From Takakia lepidozioides (taxonomy: Eukaryota; Plantae; Bryophyta): a stretch of 64,000 nucleotides of DNA. The notes below the pieces were generated by a model, which saw only the letters and a list, made by a program, of their open reading frames with translations, had not been told where the DNA came from and did not search any database. The stretch is from assembly GCA_030704615.1 (NCBI GenBank), contig CM060733.1:16368001-16432000 (forward strand), read 5' to 3'. The position numbers were made by a program, and so were the translations under genes. Below are positions 1 to 11,418 of the stretch, piece by piece. Within the stretch, counting starts at the first letter, position 1; each line of letters begins with the position of its first letter.

Positions 1-1214
1 ATAAGTGGGGTACTAGTTCTTGATTAGTTACTTGATCAAGAAGGCTTATCAAGAAGGCTTATTAGGAAGGCTACCGTATGTCGTAGAATAAATACATCCA
101 ATACTTCACTCTTTTTCGTCAACGACATCATCATGTGGAAGATTAATAGAAGCAATCTCTAACATGCGGATGTGTACAAATGGTGCATGACAAGTGCATG
201 ACAAACTGGATAGATGTGTTCGTTTGCATAATTTGCGTCTATTTGCAAATGCTCATCACGTGTGTAAGTCGTATGATAACATTGACCAAGTTCATTTGGG
301 TGACATTGACAGCACTATCATGAGACCTGAAGTAGTCCAATTGCTTAAATTACAAACCTTTGATCACTTACTATCCTCAATTACAAGGTTGGAACTTGCG
401 TGTACAGATGGTCGATGGAATCAACAAGATGTTGGCTCCTTTTCTCAGTGGCTTTGGCATGCATTGTCTTATCACGAGCCTGAAATATAGCTACGTTTAA
501 CTCTTATATCTCCCACAGATCGGCCTCATCTGTTAATTGAACTTGGAGTCATGGAGACGGCTTGTGTTGTGATTGGGTTGATGGGGGGTTGCTTGTAGAG
601 TCACTGGGTCAAGATAGGGGTGACCTGGTGGGATATGAAGTACATTGTGCATTGTCACTGGAACGTCTTTTTTGTGCACTGTGGTTGTAGGGAAACATCC
701 AAGTTTTGCCATCATGGCAAATTTTAGGAGCATATTCATCTTCACCATATCTTTGGCTCTTCTCATTCAAGTTTATAGCATCTTCAAGTATGAGCCCTTA
801 TATGCGGTATCCACCTATATTGTCAATTTTTTGCTGTCACAACAAATCATCATATTCCTAATTGCTATTAGTGAGAATGGACCAGACAAACATATAAAGG
901 CTCATCTATATATTCCAAGTCTTATTACAAAAAATCCGAATCTCTATAGGTTATTTACCATAAAAAGTTACCACATTTCATTAAAAAAAAAGGCGTCATG
1001 GATTTTTTTTTTCGTAAGATTCATAACAATATTAAAAAAAAAATGACTTACCCAAAATGTGCTTTGAGGGATGAAGAATCTAGAATGAAAACATTCAATC
1101 AAAAGTATTAAGTTAAACAATATTGACGTCCTATTTTGAGCCTCTAAAATAGCTATGTTCGTAAAGTCATGTATGAAATGAAATTATTTGAAATAACAAA
1201 ATTACCTTCCTTAA

Positions 1215-1990
1215 CCCCTAAAGGACGACGCGACTCTTTTTGCCACGCTCCAGTTTGATAGTGGATGGAAGTGAACCCTAAAGATAAATTGTGGATGTCA
1301 GAGAGGAGCACGTGTGGGAATTTACAGTGCCAATAAATCATAAAGGCTATGCTCCCTAGAATTTTTCAAAGTGCCAAGGGGTCAGAAAATCCAGTGTTAA
1401 AGCACCATTGACCTGCCTACGTGGCAGCCAAATGGGCAATCTTCGAAATAACATCTAGGGCTGAAAATTTATCATAATCCCAAATTTTTTGGACAGGGCA
1501 CATTGAAATGTTACTGGGCACTTACTTACCAGAGGAATTGGAAAACATATATCATCTCATGGGTGTAATTGTGAAAGAAGCCAAAACAAGACAATTTACC
1601 ACCCCAGATTTCACATACAAAGCAGCCTATCTGAATTTTTGGAATTTTGGTCTGATTTTTGTGGGAGGCAGTGGTTTAGGTGCCATATAATTAGATTATG
1701 GAGGGCCTTTGTCTAGGAAAATTCAACTCGATATTGTAATATTATGGTCAAACAATTTGCATGCAATTTTTGAATACACTTACAAATTGGGGCATATTAT
1801 TTTGTTATAATCTCCCAAATGTAATGGTCAATTTGCCTACATTTTTTACAGGACGTGAACATAGTAGATATGCACATAAGTATAAGGTTCATCCCCCTGG
1901 ATGATTGGGGGTAAGAAGTTACACCCCCATCCATAAGTGTATATACTCTTTTTTAGTGGGCCCACCAAAAAATAGCTCGTCCTTTAAGGG
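1215..1990. mobile_element. Non-autonomous piggyBac-type MITE (776 bp)
   Basis: TTAA at 1211-1214 and 1991-1994. Termini CCCCTAAAGGACGA and TCGTCCTTTAAGGG form a 14-bp TIR with 1 mismatch. No coding capacity. Confidence 0.85.
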
Positions 1991-2655
1991 TTAAACATGT
2001 TAGTTTATGTTAGATGAAGGGTGGATAGAAGTTTAACCCTTAAACGCCCAGAAGCCCGGTTTGGGCCTTTGAAATCAGGAAATTTGCAATAACTTCACAG
2101 GATCTTAGCCATTTTTTTTGAGTTTTGGATATGTTATGCCCAGCCACCTGGGCTAATCTGAACCGTTGGGCGATTTTCCCTGATCAAGGTTAGGGTTCCG
2201 GAATTGCTGCGAGAGTGGCGGGGGGTCAGCTCCCGCCATTTTGCTTCTCTCTCCCAAACACTGTGCTCTGGGTCCCGCGCTTTCTGAGTTCCTCGCGCGA
2301 GTTGGAGGGTGCTTGCAGGTGGCCGTTTGGATTCCTTGCAGGTTGCCGTTGCGTTTCCTTGCTCTTGTCTCCTTCTATAACTGAAGCTCCCGCCGTCGCT
2401 GCATTAGGAAGCTCTTAGCATTCAAGGCGTTGTTGGCTCATTGCGGCTAGTATGACACCTCTCTTCTATTGCCTGTCATCAAGCTTTGTTTCTTCATGTA
2501 TATTGTAGATGCGAGCTTCTTCTTGCATTGAAGGCTTTGCTTCATTCCTGTAGGCTTGCAGGCAGAGGAACTTAGGGAGACAAGTTGCCAAGATTCCCTG
2601 TTGTCATTGAAGGAGAAAGAAGGCCCGTTACTGGTGACTATATAGGAGAGGAAAC

Positions 2656-3042
2656 ATGGGTTTTGCAGACATGCCTCCAGCAGCTCCTGTGCATTTGCTA
2701 GAAGAGTCTCTTGTTATTGGCAATTAGGCTCGCGCTTTGGGCGCCTCTCCAGAGCAAGTCGCCCAATTGATTGGGTGTTTGAATGAGGATTATCTTATGT
2801 GCTTGAAGAGGCCCAAGCGGGTGAAGTGGCCCGCATTTCCAAAACCAGCCAATTTTCGGTACTCATTTCGTCGTCAGGCTGCAGAGATTCTCGGGTGGGT
2901 TGATCGTAAAGAGGAAGGTGATCCACATGGCTTTTCTCCTGAGGTAAATGAGTGTTTGAGGCTATCTGTGTGGCCTGATTTTGATGGATCCTCATCTGCC
3001 ACCAACGATGAGACTGAAGGTAGTAGCAAGGTCCAGAGGTAA
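2656..3042 (+). CDS. Upstream ORF or exon inside the piggyBac (unknown product)
   Basis: ATG at 2656 is in frame with ORF 2737-3042, with one TAG at 2725-2727. A GTAAGA donor at 3039 and TAG acceptor at 3126 would fuse it in frame to the transposase. Confidence 0.4.
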
Positions 3043-3208
3043 GAATGATTATGGGCATGTGAGACTTGATGACATTGCGAGTTCAATTTCTGGTTTTGAT
3101 TCGGGTCTTGCATATTCTCTGCGTAGTTCTCAAGTTGCTAGAGATGTTGCAGGTCATAGCCAATCTTGGGAAGATCTAGGGGTGCTGGGATCCACTGTAA
3201 AGGTTGCA

Positions 3209-5143
3209 ATGAACCATTTGTACCTGCCTAACATGGCTTCTTCTTCCAACGTCCAAGAATTTGGTTATGGTACTGTCGTGGACAAGTCGTGGGACATTGT
3301 GAGTGCGTCTGATACATATGTTGTCTCCTTCTTTGCTGGGCTTGGGGTGCATACCGTGCCCTCTCATGTTTGCCTTCCTGTGGACCTTGACGAGCCTATG
3401 CCAGTTACAGTAAGTGCCATGCTTGGTTTGGATGATGTTGTTGAGAACACGGTAGGGTCTGAATCTGAGACAGAATGTGACTCGGACTCTGACTATGATC
3501 CGGTAGAGGAAGAGAGAGGTAATCCAGATGCTGGTCAGGATCCAGACTTGTGGGATTACTGTGTGGACACTGGAAATGCGACCCATGAGCTCGGGCTTTA
3601 TGATTTGGCTGAATCTTGGCGTGAATGGCCACCGAAAGATAAATTCGCAGATGACATGTGGAATTCACAGTGCACAGAGCTGCCTCAGGTAACGTGGAGT
3701 GGGGGGGAGACGGATCATAAGGTGCCTTTGGATGATAGTGCTCTCCCTGTAGATTTTTTCAATTTGTTCTGGCCGGCACCTGTGATGCGGAAAATCTGCA
3801 GAATGACAAACCTGTATGCCCAGACCTTATATAGAAGGGGGCAAATGAAGGGGGGAGAGTGGTGGTATCCTGTGAGTGTTGTGGAATTGAAGGCGTGGTT
3901 GGGAGTTCATATTCTCATGGGAATCAAGAGATTGCCCAACACAAGATGTTACTGGAAATGTAACAATGAGTTCTTCAAGTGTCCTTCCATTATGCGCATC
4001 ATGAGTCGCAATAGATGGGAAGCAATTTTGAGGTGTTTGCATCTAGTGGACAACCGGTTAGTGGAGGTGGATAAATCAGCCCCTGCTTATGATAAAATCG
4101 CAAAGACCCGTTGGTTGTTAGACCAGCAAAATGACTTGTATGCTCGCTACTGGCAACCCGATCAAAACCTGTGTGTGGATGAGATGATGGTGAAGTACAA
4201 AGGTAAGTACTCTAACCTGCAGCAGTATATGAGCAAAAAACCAGTGAAATGGGGTATAAAGTGGTGGTGCTTGGCTGGTGCCAAAAGCCGATATGTTCAC
4301 AAGATGGAGGTGTACCTTGGCCGTGATGATGCAATTGATTTGACACACGGGCAGGGATATTCTGTTGTAACCAGACTGCTGGCTGGTTTTGAGGGGAAAT
4401 GGCACATAGTGACCATGGATAATTTCTTTACTAGTCCTATTCTTTTCTATGACTTGGCTGTCCAGAATATCTATGCTACCGGTACTGTGAAGACAACTCG
4501 GGTGGGATTCCCTTCATGTCTTGATTTTGGAAAGAGAGGAGAGAGAAGCACTATGCAGTACCGCATGCATAGATCTAACAAATTGGTGGCACTGTCTTGG
4601 TTTGACAACAAACCAGTCACATTGTTGAGCACTGCTTGCAGCCCTGTGGGGGCAGATTGCTTCATTGAGCGGTGGCACAACGGTGCTCGCCGCATGGTCC
4701 CCACTTCCCCCATTGTGAAGCACTATCAAGAACACATGAGGGGGGTTGATGTGCAGGATCAATTGAGGGGCTACTACAATGTGCAAACGCGTGATTACAA
4801 GTGGTGGCACTGCTTGTTCTTTCATAGCATTGACACATCGCTGGTGAATTCTTATTTGTTGTATCTGGCTTGGATGAAAGAGAAGGACAGGAAGCCGCGG
4901 TCTCATGCGCTCTTCAACATTCAAGTGGCCAATGGGTTGATTGTCGGGTGGGTTGCTCCCATGAGAACTGTCTTGGAAGGGGCTTCTGTTCCAAACCCGG
5001 GAGCACTTCACTTCTCCCAAAAAAGTGCTAGGAGAAGGAAGTGTGTCGAGTGTGGTGCCCGACAAAGGTTTTTTTGTGCCTTGTGTGGAGATGTTAGCAT
5101 CTGTTTGGGGACCTGCTTTGTGAAACGTCACAGCCTGGTTTGA
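3209..5143 (+). CDS. piggyBac transposase (DDE_Tnp_1_7/PGBD-like) with C-terminal cysteine-rich domain; true start uncertain (frame open from 2981, first ATG at 3209, possible spliced upstream exon)
   Basis: Catalytic DDD contexts CVDEMM, MDNFFTS, GVDVQDQ; KPVKWGIKWW; acidic N-terminal tract; C-terminal CVEC..CALC..ICLGTCFVKRH. No stops or frameshifts. Confidence 0.93.
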   Translation: MNHLYLPNMASSSNVQEFGYGTVVDKSWDIVSASDTYVVSFFAGLGVHTVPSHVCLPVDLDEPMPVTVSAMLGLDDVVENTVGSESETECDSDSDYDPVEEERGNPDAGQDPDLWDYCVDTGNATHELGLYDLAESWREWPPKDKFADDMWNSQCTELPQVTWSGGETDHKVPLDDSALPVDFFNLFWPAPVMRKICRMTNLYAQTLYRRGQMKGGEWWYPVSVVELKAWLGVHILMGIKRLPNTRCYWKCNNEFFKCPSIMRIMSRNRWEAILRCLHLVDNRLVEVDKSAPAYDKIAKTRWLLDQQNDLYARYWQPDQNLCVDEMMVKYKGKYSNLQQYMSKKPVKWGIKWWCLAGAKSRYVHKMEVYLGRDDAIDLTHGQGYSVVTRLLAGFEGKWHIVTMDNFFTSPILFYDLAVQNIYATGTVKTTRVGFPSCLDFGKRGERSTMQYRMHRSNKLVALSWFDNKPVTLLSTACSPVGADCFIERWHNGARRMVPTSPIVKHYQEHMRGVDVQDQLRGYYNVQTRDYKWWHCLFFHSIDTSLVNSYLLYLAWMKEKDRKPRSHALFNIQVANGLIVGWVAPMRTVLEGASVPNPGALHFSQKSARRRKCVECGARQRFFCALCGDVSICLGTCFVKRHSLV

Positions 5144-6830
5144 GACAATGTCAGTTGGAATTCATGGCTAGAATTCATGGCAATGTGAGTTCATGGCTGC
5201 AAAGAGGTGGTAGATTGCTTTAGTGGTTAGTCCCCTTGCCAAGTGGGGGTGCACACAAGGGGGGGATCCTCCCCCTTGTGTTCATGTGTGAGCTGCCAGT
5301 TGGGGCAGCTTAGTGGGTTCAAACCCTACTCACACATTGTTCCTTGGTGTGAGGAGGGTAGGAGTGGGGTGGTGGGATATCTTGCTTTGCAAAGCGCTTG
5401 CTGCAGCAAACACTCCAGGGTACAGGTAGCATTGGCATTTTTCCAAAGAACACTAAATCCTCAATTTTGACCCACTCTGCTTTGAACAAATGTCAGCAGC
5501 CCATTTTTTGTCCAAATTGCATTTTGTTTTCTGCAATGGATGTGAGATCCCACCAGGATGAATGGGGAGCAGAATCAACTCATTTGGAAATCATCCCGTC
5601 ACCCATTTCTGCAAATTACTCATTCTAATTTACAATTTTGGTATGTGGGTCCCAAAAAAGGGCCCCAGTCTCAACGGTGGCATTTTCTGGATTTTCATCT
5701 GATTTCCCTCAAAATTGGCATGCACCTGCATCAGTTAGGTACGCTTCTGGTGTGCGGTCAAAATTTTCAAACTCCAAATTTTTCGAAAATTACACCTGTT
5801 TTTAGCACCAGGGGTCAGGTTTTTGGAAAAAGTCAAAAATAAGTACTGGGCGTTTAAGGGTTAATGGACAAAATAATGTCCACCTACGTACGAAATCAAC
5901 GATTTTTGAAAACGCTTCTAAACTGTCAATAATATAGGGTCTATGTAAACTCAATTGTGTCAATCCAATGGTTGAATTTTTTTTTTTTTTTTTTTGGTCA
6001 ATTTATGTACTCAATACTGGCTCACGATCTGCCTTTCATTGTAGGTTTGTGCAAATTCATGCAATTGTTTGCTAAGATTCAAGAGTGGAGAAGAGCACTC
6101 CAAACTCATGACCAATTGCCGCCGTTGCAATCGTCCCAAGTGGAGATAGTTGTTCCAAAGAGATCCATGGATAGATGTGCGCAATTTATGTCGAGCTGTG
6201 AGTTGATACATTGTGTAGTAGCTTGAGTGTAATTTACAATTCTAGAAAGCAAACGCGGCGAGGTGGTAGCACTGTATGGGCAAAGAACTCAAACAAAAAT
6301 ACAACAATGGAGTTACCTGCTGGGGAACAAGGATGCGACATATGCAATGTGAACGTGGGTAGGGCTAACTTACGCGGTAAGCTAGCCATGTGGGTAGAGA
6401 AAGGTCAATAAAAAAAGGGAGAGAATTTTTTTTTTCTTGTCACGAAAAGGTCTTGGGACAGCACGCCAAATATAAAAGTTTGCGATGTCGGGCTGTGCTG
6501 CCAAGGGGATGATAGCTTTGAGGACCCGGAGAAGCAGAGGGTGGCGGACGAGGTAATAATAAGACCTAAGTTGGACGCGCCAGGCCAGAGCACAGGTCCT
6601 TGTCAACGAGGGTTGACTGACCAGTGTCCCAGTATATTACTGCGCTCACTCCCTCACACCATCACTCTCTCTCATCGCCTCCCTTCCTCCCCACCCGCTC
6701 TTCCCCGCTACCACCACCCTCATCTCTCTCTCTCTCTCTCCGACGTGTCTGACAAATACACTGAGCTACACTCCGTCATCGGCCTCTGCACTACCCACAC
6801 AGATCGGGTCTTCCTCAACACCATAATACC

Positions 6831-8360
6831 ATGGGTCCGAAGGCGAAGATATCTGGGCCGGAGCCTTTCGATTACATTGAGAAATGCAGCTCCGATGGAC
6901 GAGAGAAACAGACCGTGATATCCGATTTGGATGGCACCCTGGTCAGAGGGCGGAGCTCATTTCCCTACTTCATGCTGGTGGCATTCGAGGCCGGCGGCTT
7001 TCTCCGTTCCCTCCTCCTCCTCCTCTTCGCCCCCATTGCTTGGTTCCTTTATCACTTCGTCTCAGAAGCAGCAGGGATCCAGGTGTTAGTCTTTGTCACC
7101 TTTGCTGGTCTCAAAGTGACTCAAATTGAGACTGTAGCGCGCGCGGTTCTGCCAAAGTTCTACTGCGAGGATCTGCACCCAGAGACATGGCGTGTGTTTT
7201 CCTCCTTTGGGAAGCGCTATGTTCTGACTGCCAATCCCCGCATAATGGTGGAGACCTTTGCAAAGGAGTATCTGGGTGCCGATGCGGTGCTTGGGTCCGA
7301 GATCGAGGTGACCAGGAACGGGCGCGCAACAGGTTTCCTCAAAGCCCCCGGTGTCCTTGTGGGTGTGAAGAAAGAAATTGCTTTGAAGGCAGCTTTCGGG
7401 GACGATGCACCGGACGTTGGCCTGGGCGACCGCAAGACTGACCACCCCTTCATGGCTCTGTGCAAGGAAGGCTACGTGGTGCCCGCCAACAAGGTACAAG
7501 CTGTGCAAAAGGAGGAGCTGCCGAAGCCGATCGTGTTCCACGACGGGCGGCTTGTGCAACGCCCTACTCCACTCAACGCTCTTCTCACCCTCGTCTGGAT
7601 GCCTATCGGTTTCCTTCTTGCCGTGCTTCGGATTGCTGCAGGGTCCTTGCTCCCCATGTCCTTGACATACTACGCTTACGTTGCCCTCGGGGTGCGTGTA
7701 AAGGTCACGGGAACACCCCCACCTGCAGTGAAGGATGGAAAGCAGGGAGTCCTGTTTATCTGCTCCCATCGGACCTTGTTGGACCCCATCTTCCTGTCGG
7801 TAGCCCTCGGGCGACCTATCACAGCAGTCACATACTCCATTTCACGTGTCTCGGAGGCCCTTTCCCCAATCAAGACGGTTGCTTTGACTCGCAACAGAGA
7901 GCAAGATGCTGCCAACATCAGCAAGCTTTTGGAAGAAGGAGACTTAGCCATCTGCCCAGAGGGAACAACATGCCGGGAGCCATTTCTCCTACGATTCTCA
8001 GCGCTTTTTGCGGAGCTGACGGACAAGATCGCCCCCGTGGCGATGTTCAACAGAATGTCCATGTTCCACGGCACGACCGCCACAGGGTGGAAGGGCATGG
8101 ATCCTTTCTTCTTCTTCATGAACCCAAGACCTGTCTACGAGGTTACATTTTTGAACCAACTGCCTATGGAGCTTACATGTGCGGGTGGAAAAACATCGGT
8201 GGAGGTAGCCAACTACATCCAAAGGGTTATTGCAGGGACACTGAGTTTCCAGTGCACAAACTTCACTCGCAGGGACAAGTACAAGGTTCTCGCTGGGAAT
8301 GACGGCAGCGTGCCCGCAAAGACCAAGTCGCATTCCACCGGCAAGATTACTAGTTGCTAG
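6831..8360 (+). CDS. GPAT: Glycerol-3-phosphate sn-2 acyltransferase/phosphatase (GPAT4/6/8 clade), intronless, 509 aa
   Basis: HAD motif I DLDGT and motif [11 protein letters not shown]; acyltransferase motifs HRTLLD and [22 protein letters not shown]; CT-rich 5' UTR. Confidence 0.95.
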   Translation: MGPKAKISGPEPFDYIEKCSSDGREKQTVISDLDGTLVRGRSSFPYFMLVAFEAGGFLRSLLLLLFAPIAWFLYHFVSEAAGIQVLVFVTFAGLKVTQIETVARAVLPKFYCEDLHPETWRVFSSFGKRYVLTANPRIMVETFAKEYLGADAVLGSEIEVTRNGRATGFLKAPGVLVGVKKEIALKAAFGDDAPDVGLGDRKTDHPFMALCKEGYVVPANKVQAVQKEELPKPIVFHDGRLVQRPTPLNALLTLVWMPIGFLLAVLRIAAGSLLPMSLTYYAYVALGVRVKVTGTPPPAVKDGKQGVLFICSHRTLLDPIFLSVALGRPITAVTYSISRVSEALSPIKTVALTRNREQDAANISKLLEEGDLAICPEGTTCREPFLLRFSALFAELTDKIAPVAMFNRMSMFHGTTATGWKGMDPFFFFMNPRPVYEVTFLNQLPMELTCAGGKTSVEVANYIQRVIAGTLSFQCTNFTRRDKYKVLAGNDGSVPAKTKSHSTGKITSC

Positions 8361-9120
8361 TGCCCGAACTCGGCCATTGTAAGCTGCCACCCCACCGATC
8401 TGAAGGAGACTGTTTTTCTTGCACGAATTCAGTGAATGGGTGTAACTTGATGGAGCGACTTGACTCGCTACTAAACTAGACCTTTGCCTGCGAGCTGCAG
8501 CCATTCATAGAATCTGCATTTCTCAATTCTTGGGATTTCTCTCAAAGAGAGAGGGCCCTTACTTTCAGTATACAGAACTTCACTGTAGAGTCGATCCATC
8601 CAAAACAATTGTAGTCTTAGAAACTCCAAATTTAGAAAACAGAGTTTCCCATTGTACATATTGTACCATGAAGAGAATTTGCGTACTGCACAACTTGCAG
8701 GTACCATCTTCAATTAATCAAATTGATCCTGGAGTTCAGATGATGTTCACGAATTGTTTCTTTCAGATGGTCGTCCTCCTCAGGACTCACAAAATTTATT
8801 GTGCCAACCCACGGTCATTCTCCTCGCTGACTGGATTACTCAATGGATCACGTCTTTGCTAACTGTACATACATCGAGTAAATAGAGAAGTACCTGCATT
8901 GACATTCATTTTCAGCAGTAATTTACACCATGAATCTTGATCAGGATTGTGCTGCTATAGTCAACATTTCAAGAACCCCACCCCAAGTGGCAGACTGTCA
9001 AGAAGTTATGCCAGAAACTCATCTAGAGAGCTGGATACGAGCTTCACAAAAATTACCAGACTCCGTCATTTGGTATGTTTCGAGCTGTCAAGTGCAAGTT
9101 CCAGACTTCTTCATTTTACG

Positions 9121-9196
9121 TACATGGTTCTCGCCCGCTGGGAATGATGGTAGCGTGCCCACCAAGTCGCCAGTAGAAAGAGCTGACACTAGTTGG
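9121..9196 (+). pseudogene. Degenerate duplicate of the GPAT 3' end
   Basis: tacatggttctcgcccgctgggaatgatggtagcgtgccc...actagttg resembles 8280-8357 tacaaggttctcgctgggaatgacggcagcgtgccc...actagttg (AGNDGSVP). Confidence 0.65.
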
Positions 9197-10522
9197 TACT
9201 TACACTTCCACTTCCCCATCAAAAGCTAACATGGTGCCCCGCTATTTTCTAACTTACAGAGATTACTATACAGAACGATGCCCATATGTCAAAACTCTAG
9301 AGCCTTTGAGCATCATTCTTGTTACACGAACTTTCAAACTCCAAGCTGTTAAACTTACTTTGCTTTCAGTTACTTTTGCTTTCAGCAATAGTTGAACAGT
9401 TTGAGGAGATCATCTAAGACTGAGAAACAGAGCATTTGTTAAGAACGATGTATTTATTCATAGCTCACTGCAGTAAACAGTTGCGGTCACTCTGAAGAGA
9501 ATATCTTGACCTGCCTACAACCCAAAACCCCATGGCCCTAAAGCTGTGAACAAGGCATGTCGATGGTACCTTGCTTAGCTCTCCTAGTTGTACACAGTAT
9601 TAGATGTGTCTCAAGAACTCGCCTGCAAAAACGAGCTTAAACAGAGCTGCCAATGATGTGAAGAGTTTGGAAGTTCTGCTCCAAAAGTCTCTTCTGCACA
9701 GTGCAGATGGACATAGGATGCTGACTTCGGTATTCCAGATATGTCAAACATTCTTTCTAGCACCAAGTCATTTCAATATGCATCACTTACTATCTAGACT
9801 AAATGCACTAGTTAAGAATCTTGAGTTTGTGAGATAAACAAAGATGGATCCGGATATGTATAGGCCTGGAAAGTGGGTGGAGTAGAAGCCAGCTGCGTAT
9901 GGGTTGCATAGTAGAAAGAGTGCTGGTCCTGGATTTTGAGGAAGTAGTTGTTCTGCAGAGAGGCTGTATGGTTTGAAGAAAGTTGAAACATACATATCTA
10001 CATGTCCTCGAGTTCCGCGTTCTCGAGTCTAGAAGAGAAGTTATGGGGGGCTAATTAGTGGGGGTTGGAGCAATTGCAATCTTGTCAAGAACATTATAGA
10101 GCTCTGGGAGGGGCGGCAAGCATCATTCCTCATTTTATGCTTGGCGACACCTGCATCATGTTTAGAGCTCTGATGCATGCATTAGAAATCCAAATACTTT
10201 TAACCTCCAATCGCTCTGGCTTGTTGGCTCTAGAGATCTTGTTCTCGAGAGGGCTTCTTTAGCAGCACCAATACCAGCCCTGAAATCAGCACTCGGTGAA
10301 CTTGCGACTTGGGTGGGCATAGGGGCTGTGCATGAGACTAATGGTGATTTTAGCGTTGACAGCCTGGTAGGTTTTTGCCCGGGCAAACCACTGTTTTCAA
10401 GGGTATGCGTAACCAATCCTCAAGAGCAGTGAATTAGTAAGTTTCACAGAGCTGGACAAAGTCTTGGTCTCTCATCCACGTAATGGTATCAACCCCCTTT
10501 TGGTGAGATTGACGACAAGCCT

Positions 10523-11418
10523 GTGGTTGTATTTGCTGCAGATCATACCCACTACAGAGCAGCTGTGATTGAAGCAGGACCAGCTGGACTAGCAGTGGTG
10601 GCCACCTTGTTGGACACCGAATGTACACCCATCCTGTGGATTGATCCCCACTTCCAGGCCGGTCGCCTCTCCACGTACAAAGAAGTACCAAGCAATACCA
10701 AGGTGAAACTGTTTCAGCAGTTTGTGACAATTTTACCTAGCTTAGTGCAATTTCCTGACAAGGCTCTCTCTCCCTTTCTTGGGAGGGATCCTGACAGCGG
10801 GTGCCCTCTCTCTCTTGCAGTTGATGGTGAAGACTCTTATCCATGGCATATGGACAGTGGCTACATGCTGACCCCCTCTCACATTCCAAAACGGGTGGCC
10901 CCTTCCGATACAATTGAAATAGTGGGAAGCAGCCAAGTTCAGCTGTGCTGGTGGCGCTCAAGAATCTGCGTGAATGTGAACAACGACCTCAAAAGCTAAT
11001 CAACTTTTCTGGTCAGCCTCTATTGTACGCAAGCTACATGCCAGACAACTGGATTTTGTTTGATAATACAGGGCTCAAGGGAGTGGCGGCTGACTGGGCC
11101 AGGGTGAATTTGGAAACAGAGAAATTGGAAAGGGAGAAGCTTCTAGAACGTGTTTGTGTGAAGGATATGTGTATCAAAGAACAGGAGGAGCTTTGGAAGA
11201 AATGTACCAAACTTGTAGGTGCAGTTGGGTATAATCGACACCCCTTACCCAAAATTTCAGTGAATAGCCACCAACTGACTAAAGTTGAGTATGATCCACA
11301 TAGAGGGAAAATTGCTGATAGTCTTTTCAGATTTGGAACAGCATTTCCTGAGCAACAGTGGATCCCTATGGTAAGGAAGAGTATGCTGACGTGGGATTAT
11401 GGAAGTTCATGGAGTACT
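10523..11418 (+). pseudogene. FAD-dependent pyridine nucleotide-disulfide oxidoreductase-like pseudogene (microbial-type family)
   Basis: Degenerate GxGxxG (AVIEAGPAGLAVV), WIDPHFQAGR, YKEVPSNTKV, PLLYA..WILFDNTGLKG, and C-terminal FPE..DPYG..VGLWKFMEY, spread over several frames. No introns seen. Confidence 0.7.

Larger units (their letters stand above)
2037..5860 (+). mobile_element. Full-length piggyBac DNA transposon (3824 bp)
   Basis: TTAA TSD at 2033-2036 and 5861-5864. Perfect 15-bp TIR CCCTTAAACGCCCAG (2037-2051 and 5846-5860). Internal transposase ORF. Confidence 0.95.

Noticed and set aside
160-240. CGCVQMVHDKCMTNWI..CIIC resembling a RING-variant half motif
   Set aside because: The first Cys pair was not found and the frame is closed by stops; too weak to call.
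7086-8504. Long overlapping and antisense ORFs over GPAT (and similarly over the transposase, PPR and ATG18)
   Set aside because: Shadow frames of GC-rich coding sequence with no recognisable motifs.
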